From Candidatus Micrarchaeota archaeon (lineage in GTDB: Archaea > Micrarchaeota > Micrarchaeia > Micrarchaeales > CABMGC01), in assembly GCA_021850805.1 (NCBI GenBank), contig JAJZKO010000003.1, positions 8,246 to 72,245 on the forward strand: a DNA stretch of 64,000 nucleotides, given 5' to 3'. A program made the position numbers and the translations under genes. The notes under the pieces are model-generated. The model made no database searches and was not told the DNA's origin. It was given only the letters and a program-made list of their open reading frames with translations. Shown in pieces: positions 62,280 through 64,000 of the stretch; position 1 is the stretch's first letter; every line of letters starts with the position of its first letter.

Positions 62280-64000
62280 TTCCTTCAGCCTCCAGCATTA
62301 TACGCCTAAGTACATAATTGAGCACGCCGCCTACCCTGCAGTACTCTACCTCAAGCTCTGATTCAAGCCTTACTACCCCCACAAACGAAGCCTCCTTTCC
62401 AGATCTAGATGTATAAGAGACCGTTACTTCCCCCTTCGGCTTAAGAGAATTCGATAGCCCTATGCTAATTGGTTTTTCTGGATCTATATCAAGGCTTGCA
62501 AAATCCTTACCTGCAGGAAACTCTATAGGGACTATCCCCATGCCTGCAAGGTTCGAGCGGTGTATTCTCTCGAAGCTCTTCGCTATGACTGCTTTCACTC
62601 CTAGGAGCGCTGGGCCTTTAGCTGCCCAGTCCCTTGAGCTTCCGGAGCCGTACTCTTTGCCTCCTATAACCACAAGCGGCACTCCTTCCTTTGCATAGCT
62701 CATTGCTGCATCATACATTGAGACTCTTTCCTTGTCGGGGAAATGAAGTGTATAACCTCCTTCCTCCCCATTCAGGAGCAGGTTCTTTATCCTAACGTTC
62801 GCAAATGTCCCGCGCATCATCACTTCGTGATTTCCGCGCCTGGATCCGTAAGTATTGAAATTCTTTTTCTCAACTCCGTGCTCTATAAGATACTTCCCAG
62901 CAGGAGAGTCCTGTGGTATGGCGCCAGCAGGGGATATGTGGTCTGTGGATAATGAGTCGCCAAAGACCGCAAGCGCCCTGGCATTCTCTATACTCGATAT
63001 AGAATGCCTTGCTTTGTAGTCAAACCCTGCAAAAAATGGCGGCAGGTTTATGTACGTGCTTTTTGCGTTCCAAGGATACGTCTCCTGCTCTGCAACACTT
63101 AGCTCATCCCAGTACTTATTCACGGAGAATATGCGCTTATACTCCTCATTAAACATGGATACATCTATTGAACTGCCGGCAATTTTCCTTATCTCATAAG
63201 CGTCAGGCCATATGTCGTCAAGATAAACGTCCTTCCCATCGCTTCCGCGTCCGAGGGGTTCCCTTGTTATATCCTTAAGAACGCTCCCGGCAATGGCAAA
63301 CGCAACTACCAGCGGAGGGGACATCAGATAATTTGCCCTTACTTCAGTATGGATTCTGGCTTCGTAGTTCCTATTTCCAGAGAGGACGCTTGCGGTTACT
63401 ATCCCGTCATCCTTTATCGATCTTGAGACCTCTGCAGGAAGGGGGCCGCTGTTGCCTATGCACGTCGTGCATCCGAAGCCTACTAGTGAAAAGCCAAGCC
63501 TCTCCATGTACTCATACAATCCGCTCTTTACAAGGTAATCGCTGACCACCCTGCTTCCTGGCGCAAAGCTGGTCTTGACCTTCCTGTTTACCTTAAGCCC
63601 CCTCTTAACAGCATTCCTTGCAAGAAGCCCTGCACCTATCATCGCTGTAGGGTTGCTCGTATTAGTGCAGCTTGTTATGGCTGCTATAACCACATCTCCG
63701 TCCTTTATAGTCTCTTCGCTTCCGTCATCGTAGCGTATCCTTGATTCCTTAGGCGAGTTCCTCGCCTGTGCAGGAGCCTTTGCCTCTTGCACCGAAGTAC
63801 TCTCCTGCGACCACCGTGCATAATCCCGTTGCGATGAGTTCTGTTCCTGCTGGGCCCCTGAAGCGCCTGCCATAAAGTTCTGGTAAAATGTGTCCGCTAT
63901 AGAGCCAAGTCTTATTTCCTGCTTGGGCTGGCTTGGTCCAGAGACGCTGGGCTCTATCTCCTCAAGCTTAATCTCAATAACTTTGTTGTACTTTACATCA
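62272..64000 (-). CDS. acn: aconitate hydratase (AcnA/IRP type), C-terminal ~575 codons; 5' end lies outside the window
   Basis: VVIAAITSCTNTSNP, GFGCTTCIGNSG, SGNRNYEARIH, and the swivel domain VVIGGKEYGSGSSRDWAAKG. The reading frame stays open upstream of the listed Met to the window edge (…EIEPSVSGPSQPKQEIRL…). Confidence 0.85.
   Translation of the reverse strand, partial: DVKYNKVIEIKLEEIEPSVSGPSQPKQEIRLGSIADTFYQNFMAGASGAQQEQNSSQRDYARWSQESTSVQEAKAPAQARNSPKESRIRYDDGSEETIKDGDVVIAAITSCTNTSNPTAMIGAGLLARNAVKRGLKVNRKVKTSFAPGSRVVSDYLVKSGLYEYMERLGFSLVGFGCTTCIGNSGPLPAEVSRSIKDDGIVTASVLSGNRNYEARIHTEVRANYLMSPPLVVAFAIAGSVLKDITREPLGRGSDGKDVYLDDIWPDAYEIRKIAGSSIDVSMFNEEYKRIFSVNKYWDELSVAEQETYPWNAKSTYINLPPFFAGFDYKARHSISSIENARALAVFGDSLSTDHISPAGAIPQDSPAGKYLIEHGVEKKNFNTYGSRRGNHEVMMRGTFANVRIKNLLLNGEEGGYTLHFPDKERVSMYDAAMSYAKEGVPLVVIGGKEYGSGSSRDWAAKGPALLGVKAVIAKSFERIHRSNLAGMGIVPIEFPAGKDFASLDIDPEKPISIGLSNSLKPKGEVTVSYTSRSGKEASFVGVVRLESELEVEYCRVGGVLNYVLRRIMLEAEGNG

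Noticed and set aside
61630-62361. A 243-aa plus-strand ORF.
   Set aside because: It is antisense to the IDH/IPMDH-family gene and the aconitase 3' end.
1-64000. A search by eye for CRISPR arrays, IS/transposase genes, integrases, rRNA and tRNA genes.
   Set aside because: I found no regularly spaced direct repeats, no transposase- or integrase-like ORFs and no intergenic region with tRNA or rRNA features. This was a visual scan only, so a covariance-model scan could still reveal small RNAs.
63874-64000. Treating the Met at 63873 as the aconitase start.
   Set aside because: The frame stays open to the window edge and encodes …EIEPSVSGPSQPKQ…, which matches the AcnA region upstream of the Fe-S ligand segment. 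The gene is therefore truncated by the window and does not start there.

Overview
This window is a compact, almost entirely coding stretch of an archaeal chromosome. The archaeal assignment rests on archaea/eukaryote-type ribosomal proteins (S4e, S8e, S3Ae, L19e, L32e), TFB, aRF1, Topo VI-A, a histone-fold protein, Sec61-beta, an STT3/AglB-like oligosaccharyltransferase and BRE/TATA promoters about 25 nt upstream of start codons (leaderless style). The gene content (ClC channel, K+ channel plus H+-type P-ATPase, aconitase/IDH, many convergent 3' overlaps) would fit a small-genome acidophile such as a Micrarchaeota/ARMAN-like or Thermoplasmata-like organism, but that is inference only. Main blocks are: M1 aminopeptidase/malic enzyme/OTC/UMP kinase/Tag (1-7.3 kb); the ribosomal-protein cluster Rpp29-S17-L14-L24-S4e-L5-S14-S8-L6-L32e-L19e-L18-S5 on the minus strand (7.4-13.2 kb); trmI, topA, small transporters and MscS (15-20 kb); lonB-top6A, nth, and Memo/phosphodiesterase/glycosyltransferase genes (20-27.6 kb); thrS, AglB-like, glycogen-debranching-like, S3Ae/S15, valS, ClC, tfb, N-glycosylation genes, histone, aRF1, argS, RIO kinase and XPF (30-56 kb); a PhoU-like/PiT/K+ channel/P-type ATPase island (56-61 kb); and IDH-family plus aconitase (61-64 kb, running off the window). 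I saw no rRNA, tRNA, CRISPR array or transposase. The most unusual locus is a tightly packed minus-strand operon at 27.6-30.2 kb. It encodes an RHH regulator, a 95-aa orphan, a CysD-like PP-loop enzyme and a CysN/EF-1alpha-like GTPase. The RHH protein ends in a copy of the CysD C-terminal tail (30-nt core, 29/30 identical at DNA level), and its promoter carries a perfect 20-bp palindrome between the TATA box and the expected transcription start. Secondary leads are an orphan leaderless-type promoter with a hairpin, T6 run and 59-codon ORF upstream of lonB, a small protein ending in a ribosomal-stalk-like GLGMIFG tail, a tailed histone, tandem paralogous membrane proteins, and a sequon-dense small surface protein next to the glycosylation genes. 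All family calls come from motif recognition by eye and from memory. No database search was run.
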